Positions 30,953 to 41,627 are shown, counted from the stretch's first letter. The stretch is 64,000 nucleotides of DNA from Candidatus Levyibacteriota bacterium (GCA_963716145.1 OY970292.1:597171-661170); one strand, 5' to 3'. Translations and numbers: made by a program. The notes: a model not told the origin generated them from the sequence alone.

Positions 30953-31999
30953 CTAAACCGGGTAAAGTCCGATCGTCTCAAGACCCAGATTTTCATCAAA
31001 CCCTTGAGCGATATTGAAACATTGCACAGCCTGTCCGGCGGCACCTTTTATCAGATTATCAATTGCCGACATCACAACCAGGCGGTTTGAATGCGGATCT
31101 TTTTCAAATCCAATCTCGCAAACATTTGTCCCGATCAGCAACTTTGGCTCAGGATATTTGAAGTTCCCTTTCTTCTCCTTAACTATACGGATGAAAGGCT
31201 TATCTTTGGCAAACTCGCGGTAAATGCCCCAGATATCAATTTCCGAGACATTCTCTTTGAGAAAAACATGAGATGTCGCAAGTATTCCTCTTACCGCCTC
31301 AACCGCGGTTGCTGAGAAATTAATTTGCGGCTTTTTCCCATCAATTGTCAGCTCCTGAATTATTTCAGCCGAATGTCTGTGCCCAGTCGGAGCAAATGAG
31401 CGCATTACGCCTGATCGCTCAGCATGCATTGAAGCCTTGGATAACTTATTCCCTGACGCGGAAGAGCCTGTTTTGGCCTCGATTATGATCGGCGCGTCAT
31501 CTACAACTCCCGCTTTGAGGAGTGGGTACAAACTTAAAATCGAAGCCGTAGACATACATCCGGGACAGGCGATAAGATGAGCGCTTTTAATTTGCTCTTT
31601 ATAAAGTTCAGGCAAGCCTAGCACTTTGCTCTTGAGCAAATCAGGATTTGGATGATCCAATTTATACCAGGTTGGATAATCTCCCGGATTATCCAGTCTG
31701 AAGTCCCCACTCAAATCAATAACTGTTTTGGCAATTGGCAGAAGATCATTTATCTGGTTCATGCCGATGCCATGCGGCAGGCAAAGAAACAACACATCGC
31801 ATTTTTCCAGATCTTTTATCGAAACAAATTTATTGCTGAACTGCCTTAAGTTTGGGTGGATTGTTTTTATGAACTGACCTTGATTTGTCTCAGACGTTGC
31901 TTGATGCAGATTCACATTCGGATGCTTGAGTAAGAGTCTCAAGAGCTCCCCTCCTACATAACCCGATGCGCCGATTACTGATACATTAATTTTTTCCAT
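30953..31999 (-). CDS. argC: N-acetyl-gamma-glutamyl-phosphate / [LysW]-glutamyl-phosphate reductase
   Basis: 'VSVIGASGYVGGELLRLL' NAD(P)-binding fold. Catalytic Cys region 'ACPGC'. Confidence 0.8.
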   Translation of the reverse strand: MEKINVSVIGASGYVGGELLRLLLKHPNVNLHQATSETNQGQFIKTIHPNLRQFSNKFVSIKDLEKCDVLFLCLPHGIGMNQINDLLPIAKTVIDLSGDFRLDNPGDYPTWYKLDHPNPDLLKSKVLGLPELYKEQIKSAHLIACPGCMSTASILSLYPLLKAGVVDDAPIIIEAKTGSSASGNKLSKASMHAERSGVMRSFAPTGHRHSAEIIQELTIDGKKPQINFSATAVEAVRGILATSHVFLKENVSEIDIWGIYREFAKDKPFIRIVKEKKGNFKYPEPKLLIGTNVCEIGFEKDPHSNRLVVMSAIDNLIKGAAGQAVQCFNIAQGFDENLGLETIGLYPV

Positions 32000-32852
32000 A
32001 TTTTAAAACATACTCAACCATCAACTTAGCGATATTTACATCTGATACATCATTTAACCCATGGAATTCAGGCGTAGTATTTACCTCAAAAACAAGATAT
32101 TTATTATCATGCTCCACCAGATCGACTCCGGCAATTTCAACTCCCAAAACATCAACTATATTCTTGCACAGATCTATTATGTCTTTATTCAAATCCAGTT
32201 TCTGAGGAATCCCGCCTTTTGCGGTGTTGGTCAGCCAATGGGTAGATGCTCTATACATCGCGGCGACCGGTTCGCCTCCGATCACAAATACCCGTAGGTC
32301 ACGATCCGGCTTTTTGATATACTGCTGGATATAAAATATCGAATGCTGCGGTCCGCCGAGTCCTTCCTTATGATCCATAATAGCCTCCAAATCCGACTCT
32401 GAACTAATTTTTGAGACAAGTCTTCCCCATGAGCCCCAGACCGGTTTTATAACAATCGGATAGCCGATTTCTGAGGCGGCTTGAAGAGCCATTGATTGTG
32501 AAAACGCGATTTTGGTAATGGGAACCGGTATACCTTTTTGTTCAAGGAGTTGTGTTGAAAGAATCTTGTTATTGCAAAGTGTTGTGGCAGCGCCTGAATT
32601 AATCGTCCTGACACCCATCGCTTCCAGATAATCAACAATCAGCTCGGCCCTTGTCTGCCCTATTTCGCGGTTGAGAACCAGATCAACTCCTTCAAAATCC
32701 AAAGTAGCAGAACTTAAGATAATTTTCCGAGGATCAATCTGCACTACCTCAATATTCTTTTTGGCGAATTCCTGAAACAACAATTTCTCCTCAATTCTGA
32801 TTTTCGAACACAAAATACCTACCTTCATGACACTTCGCTTTTCATCTTTCAT
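31986..32852 (-). CDS. lysX: RimK/LysX-family ATP-grasp ligase (glutamate--LysW ligase ArgX/LysX)
   Basis: ATP-grasp fold, ~288 aa, immediately downstream of lysW. Confidence 0.7.
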   Translation of the reverse strand: MKDEKRSVMKVGILCSKIRIEEKLLFQEFAKKNIEVVQIDPRKIILSSATLDFEGVDLVLNREIGQTRAELIVDYLEAMGVRTINSGAATTLCNNKILSTQLLEQKGIPVPITKIAFSQSMALQAASEIGYPIVIKPVWGSWGRLVSKISSESDLEAIMDHKEGLGGPQHSIFYIQQYIKKPDRDLRVFVIGGEPVAAMYRASTHWLTNTAKGGIPQKLDLNKDIIDLCKNIVDVLGVEIAGVDLVEHDNKYLVFEVNTTPEFHGLNDVSDVNIAKLMVEYVLKYGKN

Positions 32853-32930
32853 GTTAATTTTAAACCTTTCCTAATTCTCATAACGCAATTAAGCTTCACG
32901 TCATGATCCTGAGCTTGCCGAATGGACATA

Positions 32931-33122
32931 TTATTGTCCCCAATCTTCCTGCGCGACAGGCGCCAGGGTGAGCTTAATTGGATTCACTTCAACAACCTCC
33001 AAATCAGTACTGCACTCAGGACAAGTTATAACTTCTCCTACCTGAGTATCTTTCTCAACAGTAATTTCTCCATGACAATCCAGGCATTTTGTTTTTGTGT
33101 TATCTAAAATTTGATCATTCAT
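32931..33122 (-). CDS. lysW: LysW/ArgW amino-group carrier protein
   Basis: 63 aa. Two CxxC pairs ('CLDCHG', 'CPEC') and a C-terminal 'EDWGQ' (LysW 'EDWGE' tail). Confidence 0.8.
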   Translation of the reverse strand: MNDQILDNTKTKCLDCHGEITVEKDTQVGEVITCPECSTDLEVVEVNPIKLTLAPVAQEDWGQ

Positions 33123-34111
33123 AATAGCTCACCCCCCTTAAGTAACCATACAATTAATGCTTTTTGAACGTGCATTCTATTCTCGGCCTGCTGAAAAACA
33201 ACTGATTGCTCTCCGTCAATTACCTCTTCAGCCACTTCGTTTCCCCGGTATGCAGGCAAATCGTGCATAAATATCGCGTCTTTCAACGCATGCTCCATCA
33301 TATCATTATTTACTTGATAAGACTTAAATATACTCAATCTTGTATCCTTATCTTCTTCAGACCCCATACTTACCCAGGTATCCGTGTAGACAACATCCGC
33401 GTCTTTAATAGCTTCTTTGGGGTCATCTGTTTCCAAAACGTTTCCGAATTTTTTGGCCGCCGAAACAATTCCGGGGTCCATAAAATATCCTTTTGGAGCG
33501 GCGCATTTGAAATTTGCGCCAAGCATTGTTGTTGCCAAACATAATGAATGCGCAACATTATTATTCCCGTCCCCAATGTAGGAGATATCTAAACCTTTAA
33601 TCTCGCCCTTTAATTCCCAGATTGTAAAAAGATCTACTAGGGCTTGGCAGGGATGCTCCAGATCTGAAAGCGCGTTGATTACAGGAACTGTCGAATACTT
33701 TGCCATCTCTTCCAAGCTTTTATGCGAGTTAACCCTCGCGACAATCAAGTCGCTCATGCTGGATGTAACTTTGGCAATATCCGAGACCGACTCCCTCTTC
33801 CCTAGTCCGATTTCGGCAGGACCAAAATACAATGCATGTCCGCCAAGCTGATCAAAACCCATATCAAAACTAAGTTTGGTCCGTAAAGACGGCTTTTCAA
33901 ATAGCATTGCCATCTGTTTGCCTTCCAGAACATGCTGGTTCTTCCCCGTCTTTTTAAACTCAGTTTTCAGTTTTTTGGCAAGTTTGAGAACTTCCCAAAT
34001 CTGCTGTGCGGATAAATCAGTCACCGATAAAAAGTCTATTTTTTGCTTAATATTGTTCATTTTATTAGTTTTTGTGTAATTTTGACAAAATATTACTATT
34101 TTTTGCCGCAA
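33119..34111 (-). CDS. argF: Ornithine carbamoyltransferase
   Basis: 'KPSLRTKLSF' (STRTR motif), 'HPCQALVDL', 'DTWVSMG', 'HDLPAYRGNEV'. Confidence 0.85.
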   Translation of the reverse strand: MRQKIVIFCQNYTKTNKMNNIKQKIDFLSVTDLSAQQIWEVLKLAKKLKTEFKKTGKNQHVLEGKQMAMLFEKPSLRTKLSFDMGFDQLGGHALYFGPAEIGLGKRESVSDIAKVTSSMSDLIVARVNSHKSLEEMAKYSTVPVINALSDLEHPCQALVDLFTIWELKGEIKGLDISYIGDGNNNVAHSLCLATTMLGANFKCAAPKGYFMDPGIVSAAKKFGNVLETDDPKEAIKDADVVYTDTWVSMGSEEDKDTRLSIFKSYQVNNDMMEHALKDAIFMHDLPAYRGNEVAEEVIDGEQSVVFQQAENRMHVQKALIVWLLKGGELL

Positions 34112-34140
34112 AATAGCTCATTTTTCTCTAATTACTGTCT

Positions 34141-34169
34141 ATTCTATAAAAAATCGAAGCTTTTGTCAA
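34141..34169 (-). promoter_or_regulatory. Sigma-70-type promoter for the argF-lysW operon
   Basis: On the minus strand: TTGACA, 17-nt spacer, TAGAAT. About 25 nt upstream of the argF ATG. Confidence 0.45.
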
Positions 34170-34253
34170 GGATTCTAGTAAATTTTAATTTCATACATTA
34201 ATTTATATATTTATTGCAAATGTCGGTAAATGAGTTTATAATATAGGCCTTAT

Positions 34254-35276
34254 ATGCCAAGTATAATAGATAGATATAGAGACATTCATGCAGGTAGCAA
34301 ACCAAGAGTTCTTGAGTCTATCGGTACGAAAGGTGATCGTATTACGATAAAACCGCGTCTCGGTGGAGACTTTAAAGTTAAAAGAATAGGCACAGGAGGA
34401 TCTAGCGAACTCCCTTTTAAGGATTTTGAGGAAGGAATCGTCTTACTCCCTGCATTTCGCGAGGCATTGCCAGCACTCGCCGAACTTTATCCTGCGTCAC
34501 CTAAATGGTCTAGGGTAGTAGAAACAGATCTTATTCTCCCCGGTAAAAAAAGGACAGATGATTTCAGGAGAAAATGGCTCCAGCCAATTGGGGCAAACAC
34601 TGCACCCGTTTCCTATCTTAAAAGTGATGAATTTAAGAGAAAACAGATAGCTGAACAAACTGCCGCAGGAAATTTGCTAATAGCACAGGGAGATCAGTCT
34701 GCGGAGTATCCGGTTCACGACCGGATGTTTCACTTATTTGGCTTATTAGCGGAACCCCAGGTTACATTGCAAGCATTACAATATGTTGCCCAGAATATAC
34801 CTGACTTAGCAAAAAGACACCCGGAAGCTGCAGATGTAGTCAGAAAATCAATTGCCGAATCCTTTGAGCTATCAAGTAATAGCTCAGAAATTAATAATAG
34901 AGATTTATATATCCCATCTCTGGATATTTTAAACGCGCTAGTTATATGGACTGATGTTAATTCAATGGATCAAGCCGGGAAAACCGCTAATAACTTTGTG
35001 AAGAGCTTACTTGATGAACGCGGTTTTGAAGTTGTCAGAAGCACAAATCTATTATCTACCACAAGGGAAACTCTCCCCAGCGGCAGGTTTATGCATTTTG
35101 TTAGCCACATTTTACAAGGAGAGGTGTCAGGCTTGGTCGTACCCAGAGAGCAGGAACTATTAGTTGATTATATTCCAAAACTTGTACGACATCTTCAGCT
35201 TGTACCCGATCCTGCTTCAGAACCTGAAATATCGCGACATGAATACTCTCGCCTCTCTAGAAGAAGAGCCGCTTAA
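34254..35276 (+). CDS. Hypothetical protein (340 aa)
   Basis: Long ORF with no recognisable motifs. Preceded by TTGCAA-17-TATAAT about 11 nt before the ATG. Confidence 0.4.
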   Translation: MPSIIDRYRDIHAGSKPRVLESIGTKGDRITIKPRLGGDFKVKRIGTGGSSELPFKDFEEGIVLLPAFREALPALAELYPASPKWSRVVETDLILPGKKRTDDFRRKWLQPIGANTAPVSYLKSDEFKRKQIAEQTAAGNLLIAQGDQSAEYPVHDRMFHLFGLLAEPQVTLQALQYVAQNIPDLAKRHPEAADVVRKSIAESFELSSNSSEINNRDLYIPSLDILNALVIWTDVNSMDQAGKTANNFVKSLLDERGFEVVRSTNLLSTTRETLPSGRFMHFVSHILQGEVSGLVVPREQELLVDYIPKLVRHLQLVPDPASEPEISRHEYSRLSRRRAA

Positions 35277-35280
35277 ATTG

Positions 35281-38200
35281 TTACTTTAGATACTCACTCC
35301 ACGCTTTTATTTTCAGATCGGTGAATTTATTATTCGTAAGCGCGTCTATAAAAAGACTTGTGGTTTTGATCTTGGTGAACAACGCTATATTGTTTTCAAT
35401 AGCTGCTCTCCCAATCTGATAGTCATCCTGAACTTCTTTTCTTATATTTTTATCCACTATATTTATAACTAAATCTATTTTTTTATTTCTGAAATAATCA
35501 AGAATATTCGGGGATTTATTTTCGTGAATCTTATAAAGTGTTTTTGCTTTTATGCCACTGAGCTTAAGGAAAGCGGCGGTTTTTTCGGTGGCGTACAATG
35601 GAAAACCCAATCCAGTAATTTTTTTAGCAACAGCTAGAAAATCCACTTTCTTCTGCTCCCCCCCAACGCTTATAAAAATTCCTTTCTCCGGCAGTTTATC
35701 CCCGGTCGCGATAATTCCTTTGAGATACGCTTCCTCCAAATTTTCCCCAAAACAGGCGACCTCACCGGTTGAGGCCATTTCGACTCCAAGACTTGGTGAG
35801 GCACCCACCAATCTTGCAAATGAAAATTGCGCTACTTTAAGAGCAGTAAAATTTTGCTGAGGCACGGAAACATCAGCAATATTTTTCTTGAACAACGAGT
35901 CGATAAATAAAGAGATCAAGTTAATTCCCGTCACTTTCGCGATAAACGGAAATGTTCTTGAAGCTCTTAAATTGACTTCTATGATGTAAACTTCTTGATC
36001 CAGAACAAGAAACTGAATATTGTAAGGACCAGTAATCTGTAACTCTTCAGCAATTTTTTTGCCGGTTTCTTTTATTTTGTTTTGAATTTCCGGAGATATT
36101 GTTTGGGCGGGAAGAGCAATTGTCGCGTCCCCCGAGTGAACACCTGCGTACTCGATGTGTTCTGAGACAACTGCCGCTTTTGTGACTCCATTTTGGGCTA
36201 CTGAATCAAGCTCTACCTCTTTGGACTTTTGAAAAAACTTGGAAACTGTCACAGGATATTCTTTTGAGACCAAAGCTGCCTCTTCAAGATATTTTTCAAG
36301 ATCTGACGCGTCATTGCAGATGTTCATCGCAGCTCCTGATAAAACATACGATGGCCGGATAAGAACCGGATAGCCAACTTTATCGGCAAATTTTTCAGCT
36401 TGTTCAAGCGTTGAAAAAGCATTCCAGGCAGGCTGCTTGATCTCCAATTTATCAAGGAGTGCGGAAAACTTGCTTCGGTCTTCAGCCCTATCAATGTTTT
36501 CAGGACTTGTTCCAAGAATATTGACACCGTATTTATAGAGCGCTTTGGCTCGGTTATTTGGAGTTTGCCCGCCTACTGAAACTATCAAACCCTGCGGATT
36601 TTCAAATTCATAGATATCGGCAATCCGTTCAAAAGTCAGCTCTTCAAAATACAATTTGTCTGAAATATCATAATCGGTTGAAACTGTTTCCGGATTGCAA
36701 TTTATGATTATTGATTGCCTGTCATACTTTTTAAGATTTATTACAGTGTTGACCGAACACCAATCAAACTCAACTGACGAGCCGATGTGGTAAGGACCGG
36801 AGCCAAGAACTATAACTGCATCTTTACCTGCTGCTTTGACATCATCGTGACTTGCGTTATAAGTCATATATAGATAATTTGTTTTCGCGGGAAACTCTGC
36901 GGCAAGAGTATCAATCTGTAGCACACTAGGTAATATTTTTAATTTTTTGCGGATTTCGCGGATTTCAAGTCCTGTTTTTCCAATCAGCTCCCCTATTCTT
37001 TTATCTGAAAAGCCGAGTTGCTTTAGTTCCAATAAATAAGATTGGTTATTTGAAATTTGAAATTTGAAATTTGAAATTTTTTTTAGCTCTTCCTCGTGGT
37101 CTGTTATATTTTTAATTCTTGAGAGAAACCAAGGATCAATTCCCGACAATTTATAAATTTGATCAATCTCCATTTTGTTTTTGAGAGCGCGACTGACAGC
37201 AAACATCCGCTTGGGGGTTGGGTTTTTAAGAGTATCAATAACTAAATCTTTTGCTTTAAACTCGTTATCATTGACCGCCCCCTCATACTCCATATCCAGC
37301 ATCCTGATTGCCTTTTGATACCCCTCTTCAAATGTTCTGCCGATTCCCATAACCTCACCAACGGACTTCATACTGCTTCCCAATTTATCACTCGCTCCTT
37401 TGAATTTATCCATATCAAATCTGGGGATTTTTACCACTATATAATCAAGCGCAGGCTCAAAACAGGCCTGAGTTACTCCGGTTACTTTATTTTCGAGACT
37501 AGTCAGACCGTATCCAAGACCTAATTTAGCGGCGATATAAGCTAGAGGGTAGCCGGTTGCTTTACTCGCAAGAGCGGAACTTCTTGAAAGCCTCGCGTTT
37601 ACTTCAATTACATAATAGTCGGGTACGGTACCGCTCGAGCGTGGATTTAAGGCAAACTGCACATTGCACTCTCCTATTATTCCAAGACTCCTGACAATCT
37701 CAATTGATGCTCTTCTTAATTCATGATATTCTTCGTTATTAAGAGTTTGGCTTGGGGCCACAACTATTGAATCACCCGTGTGGATTCCCAGAGGATCCAT
37801 ATTTTCCATGTTGCAGACAGTCACACAATTATCAAATTTGTCCCTTACGACTTCATACTCAATTTCTTTATAATGATGAAGGTACTGCTCAATCAGCACT
37901 TGGGGCGCAAAAGCCAGTGCGTGTTCAACAATTTTTTTAAGCTCTGTCATGTTTTGAGCGACTCCTGATCCCTGACCGCCGAGTGCAAAACCAGCTCTTA
38001 TCATTGCCGGAAATCCGATCTCTTTTGCTATTTTTACAGCTTCCTCAATAGTTGTTGCTGCGCGCGATTTGGGAGTTGGGATATTTAATTTATTCAAATG
38101 CTGCGAAAATTTCTTGCGATCCTCAGTTAAAATAATTGCCGAGATTGGAGTACCCAAAATTTCGACATTGTGCTTTTTCAACACTCCGTTTTTGTGAAGC

Positions 38201-38505
38201 GCAATCCCGCAATTGAGGGCTGTCTGGCCTCCAAATGAAAGCAGAATACCATCAGGTTTTTCCTTTTCAATTACTTTCTCAACAAATTCGGGTGTTACGG
38301 GCAGGAAATAAACTTCATCAGCCAATTCTCTTGAGGTCTGAATTGTCGCGATATTTGGATTGACTAGAACTGTTTTTATTCCCTCCTCTTTAAGAGCTTT
38401 TATGGCTTGGGAGCCTGAATAGTCAAACTCCCCCGCCTCACCGATTTTCAGAGCACCCGACCCGAGGATCAGGACCTTTTTGATTTTTTTATTTAAAATA
38501 TCCAT
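35281..38505 (-). CDS. carB: Carbamoyl-phosphate synthase large subunit
   Basis: 1074 aa. Two ATP-grasp halves plus an MGS-like C-terminus. Contains an in-frame (tgaaatt)x4 repeat at 37051..37078. Confidence 0.9.
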   Translation of the reverse strand: MDILNKKIKKVLILGSGALKIGEAGEFDYSGSQAIKALKEEGIKTVLVNPNIATIQTSRELADEVYFLPVTPEFVEKVIEKEKPDGILLSFGGQTALNCGIALHKNGVLKKHNVEILGTPISAIILTEDRKKFSQHLNKLNIPTPKSRAATTIEEAVKIAKEIGFPAMIRAGFALGGQGSGVAQNMTELKKIVEHALAFAPQVLIEQYLHHYKEIEYEVVRDKFDNCVTVCNMENMDPLGIHTGDSIVVAPSQTLNNEEYHELRRASIEIVRSLGIIGECNVQFALNPRSSGTVPDYYVIEVNARLSRSSALASKATGYPLAYIAAKLGLGYGLTSLENKVTGVTQACFEPALDYIVVKIPRFDMDKFKGASDKLGSSMKSVGEVMGIGRTFEEGYQKAIRMLDMEYEGAVNDNEFKAKDLVIDTLKNPTPKRMFAVSRALKNKMEIDQIYKLSGIDPWFLSRIKNITDHEEELKKISNFKFQISNNQSYLLELKQLGFSDKRIGELIGKTGLEIREIRKKLKILPSVLQIDTLAAEFPAKTNYLYMTYNASHDDVKAAGKDAVIVLGSGPYHIGSSVEFDWCSVNTVINLKKYDRQSIIINCNPETVSTDYDISDKLYFEELTFERIADIYEFENPQGLIVSVGGQTPNNRAKALYKYGVNILGTSPENIDRAEDRSKFSALLDKLEIKQPAWNAFSTLEQAEKFADKVGYPVLIRPSYVLSGAAMNICNDASDLEKYLEEAALVSKEYPVTVSKFFQKSKEVELDSVAQNGVTKAAVVSEHIEYAGVHSGDATIALPAQTISPEIQNKIKETGKKIAEELQITGPYNIQFLVLDQEVYIIEVNLRASRTFPFIAKVTGINLISLFIDSLFKKNIADVSVPQQNFTALKVAQFSFARLVGASPSLGVEMASTGEVACFGENLEEAYLKGIIATGDKLPEKGIFISVGGEQKKVDFLAVAKKITGLGFPLYATEKTAAFLKLSGIKAKTLYKIHENKSPNILDYFRNKKIDLVINIVDKNIRKEVQDDYQIGRAAIENNIALFTKIKTTSLFIDALTNNKFTDLKIKAWSEYLK
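37051..37078. repeat. Tandem heptamer (tgaaatt)x4 inside carB, encoding 'ISNFKFQISN'
   Basis: Perfect 7-bp tandem repeat. Confidence 0.9.
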
Positions 38506-38510
38506 AATTC

Positions 38511-39593
38511 TTAATTCTTAATTCTCTCCATAAAAAAGTCGAATATCCACTCTGTGTCTTTTGGTCCCGGTGTTGCTTCAGGATGAAATTGAACTGACAT
38601 GAAAGGAAGCTTACTATGAATTATGCCTTCGATGCTTTTGTCATTGGCGTTGGTGAACCAGGGATTAAATCCTGTCGGAACATCCGAAATCGCGAAGCCA
38701 TGATTTTGGGTCGTGATATAGCATCTGTTACTTTTTTTCAACAAACATGGTTGATTTTGGCTTCTGTGACCGTACTTCAATTTATAAGTATCCCCTCCAG
38801 CGGCAAGTGCGAGTAGCTGATTACCAAGACAAATTCCAAGAGTGGGAATTTTATTTTCAAGCGATTTTTTAATAGTCGCTATAGCTTTGTCAGCTTTTTT
38901 TGGGTCTCCTGGGCCATTGGAAATAAATAAAGCGTCAAATTTGAAATCAACATTTTTTGCAAAAGGATCAAAATCCCATGGAACTGTAATTACTTCAATT
39001 TCTCTTCTGAGAAAGCAGCGCGTGATATTCCTCTTCGCCCCACAGTCGATAATTACAACTGTTTTACCCTGCTTGCCCCGCGAAGCTTTAGCGAAGTGAG
39101 GAGCCAAGTCGAAGGGCTTCTCCTTTATTATTCTTTTTGTAGAAACCTGTCCGACTATATTTACCTCATTCGGGTCAAAAAATGCTGTGTCAGACTTGTT
39201 AATTATTTTTCCAAGCATTGTTCCGTTTTCCCGCAAATGCTGGGTTATAAATCTCGTATCTTTTATCTCAAGCGCGGGAACTTTTTCCTTTTTCAGCCAC
39301 TGAGAAAGTGTCATTTTGCTTTGGAAATGAGACGGGGTGTCAATGTAGTCGGAAACAATCAGGCCCGAGATTTGTAGTTTTCCTGACTCCCAAAACATCT
39401 TGTCTGGCACTCCATAATTGCCAATCAATGGGTAAGTCAGGACCAGTATTTGCCCGGCAAATGAGGGATCAGTCAACGCCTCAGGATATCCGGTCATTCC
39501 TGTAGCGAAAACAACTTCACCGGCGACAGAACCATCATATCCAAACGATTTTCCCTCAAACTCTTTGCCGTTTTTAAGTACTAACTTCGCCAT
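38511..39593 (-). CDS. carA: Carbamoyl-phosphate synthase small (glutaminase) subunit
   Basis: 'GICLGNQLLALA' and a C-terminal 'FHPE' triad region. Confidence 0.85.
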   Translation of the reverse strand: MAKLVLKNGKEFEGKSFGYDGSVAGEVVFATGMTGYPEALTDPSFAGQILVLTYPLIGNYGVPDKMFWESGKLQISGLIVSDYIDTPSHFQSKMTLSQWLKKEKVPALEIKDTRFITQHLRENGTMLGKIINKSDTAFFDPNEVNIVGQVSTKRIIKEKPFDLAPHFAKASRGKQGKTVVIIDCGAKRNITRCFLRREIEVITVPWDFDPFAKNVDFKFDALFISNGPGDPKKADKAIATIKKSLENKIPTLGICLGNQLLALAAGGDTYKLKYGHRSQNQPCLLKKSNRCYITTQNHGFAISDVPTGFNPWFTNANDKSIEGIIHSKLPFMSVQFHPEATPGPKDTEWIFDFFMERIKN

Positions 39594-39757
39594 TCTTTGG
39601 TTATTTTTGTTGATTTAATAAAAATTTTATGAAAACTTGAACAAAATTGATTAATTTTATCTCATTTTCAGCAAATTCTCCCCAAAATCTTCAAAAATGA
39701 TATATTATTGGGACAAAAAAGTCAAGATTTACAACGGGAACTAGGAGGCAAGAATTT

Positions 39758-40279
39758 TTAATTGCAATTGTAGTAGCAAAATTCAATTTTCCCTATTATA
39801 CTTTCTTTTTTAATAAATCCAAATTCTCTTGAATCAGCACTGAATGGCCTATTGTCTCCCAAAATAAAGTACTGATTTTCAGGAACAGTAACACTTTGCT
39901 CTTCTTTGAGAAAGGTTCCACCATATGTTTTTTCGCCACTTTTGAGATATGAGTTTTCATCAAGCTTATTATTGTTCAGATAAACATCGCCGCTCTTTAT
40001 ACTAAGAGTGTCACCGGGAAGCCCGATGACTCTCTTTATAATATCTTTGTTAGGATCCAATGGGGCATGGAGAACTATAGCATCTCCTCTTTGCGGTGCA
40101 TTGTAGGCTATTTTTCGGGCTAGAATGTATTGGCCCTTCGTATATTTTGGAGCCATTGAATCTCCAGCGACTTGAAAAGGACGAAAGAAGAAAAAATATG
40201 TAATTAAGAAAAATGCCGAAAGCGCGCTAATTAAAATCACAAAAAGAGTGAAGCCAAATAAAATAGACCGTATCTTCAT
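39758..40279 (-). CDS. lepB: Signal peptidase I
   Basis: 'GDSMAPK' Ser box and 'GDNRPFSADSREFG' box E. Confidence 0.85.
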   Translation of the reverse strand: MKIRSILFGFTLFVILISALSAFFLITYFFFFRPFQVAGDSMAPKYTKGQYILARKIAYNAPQRGDAIVLHAPLDPNKDIIKRVIGLPGDTLSIKSGDVYLNNNKLDENSYLKSGEKTYGGTFLKEEQSVTVPENQYFILGDNRPFSADSREFGFIKKESIIGKIEFCYYNCN

Positions 40280-40364
40280 TATTCTTTTTTTAGTAAATCA
40301 ATTGCGCTTTCGTATTTGGTTTTCTTCTCACCCCACCATTTTTTCTCTTCATTAATCGCAGTTA

Positions 40365-41627
40365 CTATTTTTTCCAGACCCAGATTTCCGGGCCGCCTTG
40401 GTGATTTGAGGACTTCAAAACTTCCACCACATCAAACTGTGGTATTTTGTCCAGCGACATCCCAATCTCTTTATATGCATCGCGGAATGGCATTCCTTTT
40501 TTCACCAAAAGATACGCAGCGTGCGCCGCGAACATATCCGGCGTGCAGGATTTTAACAATACGTCTTCGTTGGGGGTAAGATTTTCAAGAACCAATTTCA
40601 CGATCCCGATTGAGTCGCGTGTGATATCAACGCAATCAATAAAAAGCTCTTTTGTCTCGCCAAAATCTACGTTATAGCCCGATGGCAAACCGGCAACAAT
40701 TGAAGCAGCCGTCTGCTCATGTCCCACAACCATGTGGGATCTGGCCCGCAAAACTTCCATAATATCCAAATTTTTCTTCTGAGGCATGATGCTTGAGCCT
40801 GAAAGAAGTGAATCATCAACCGTAAAGAAATTGTATTCACTGGTCGTAAAAAGCAGCAAATCCTGAGCAAATCTGGATAATGTCAGCATTGTCTGGGTAA
40901 GAACGTGCATAACCGCGAGCTGAAATTTGACTCTGCCCGCTTGAGTATAAAGAGTATTGTTCTGGACTTTGGCAAAGCCAAGCATATCCGACACAAGAGT
41001 TCTGTTGATAGGAAGTGAAACTCCGTACGCAGCCCCAGCGCCAAGCGGTGACTGATCGGTGATGATAAAAGCACTCTTCAGAAGTATCAGATCATCAATT
41101 ATTGATTCGGCAAAGCTCCCCATCCACATTCCCACACTTGAGGGCATTGCCTTTTGCATGTGAGTGTAGCCGGGCATTGGGACAAATTCATAGCGCACAG
41201 CCATTTTCTGAAATGCCAGAACCAGATCCGAGGCCGCTTCAAAAATCCCGAAAAGTTCTTCTTTGGCAAAAAGCCGCAAATCTAAAATAACTTGGTCATT
41301 TCTTGACCTTGCAGTGTGGATCTTTTTGGCAGGCTCGCCCACTTTTTCAGTCAGAAAATTTTCGATTTTGGTGTGAACATCCTCGTCATGTGAGTCTATT
41401 GTGAACTCACCTTTCTCATCTAACCGTATGATTTCAAGCAGCTCTTTTTTTAATGACTCAAACTCTTCAGGAGTCAAAATACCGATAGTTGAGAGCATTT
41501 TGGCATGAGCAATCGAGCCCAAGGCATCGGCTTTTACAAGCCGAGTGTCCAGCACGGCGCTGCGCGCAAAGCAATACATCTCAGCCAATTCATTTTGAGT
41601 ATAATTTTTATGCCAAAGTTTTTTCAT
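40365..41627 (-). CDS. argH: Argininosuccinate lyase
   Basis: 'GSSIMPQKKNLD' fumarate-lyase signature. N-terminal 'DALGSIAHAKML'. Confidence 0.8.
   Translation of the reverse strand: MKKLWHKNYTQNELAEMYCFARSAVLDTRLVKADALGSIAHAKMLSTIGILTPEEFESLKKELLEIIRLDEKGEFTIDSHDEDVHTKIENFLTEKVGEPAKKIHTARSRNDQVILDLRLFAKEELFGIFEAASDLVLAFQKMAVRYEFVPMPGYTHMQKAMPSSVGMWMGSFAESIIDDLILLKSAFIITDQSPLGAGAAYGVSLPINRTLVSDMLGFAKVQNNTLYTQAGRVKFQLAVMHVLTQTMLTLSRFAQDLLLFTTSEYNFFTVDDSLLSGSSIMPQKKNLDIMEVLRARSHMVVGHEQTAASIVAGLPSGYNVDFGETKELFIDCVDITRDSIGIVKLVLENLTPNEDVLLKSCTPDMFAAHAAYLLVKKGMPFRDAYKEIGMSLDKIPQFDVVEVLKSSNHQGGPEIWVWKK

Noticed and set aside
35552-39505. Plus-strand ORFs (35552..35860, 37315..37524, 38842..39099, 39096..39377 and others) within carB and carA
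   Set aside because: They are antisense to long, highly conserved genes and have no independent signals.
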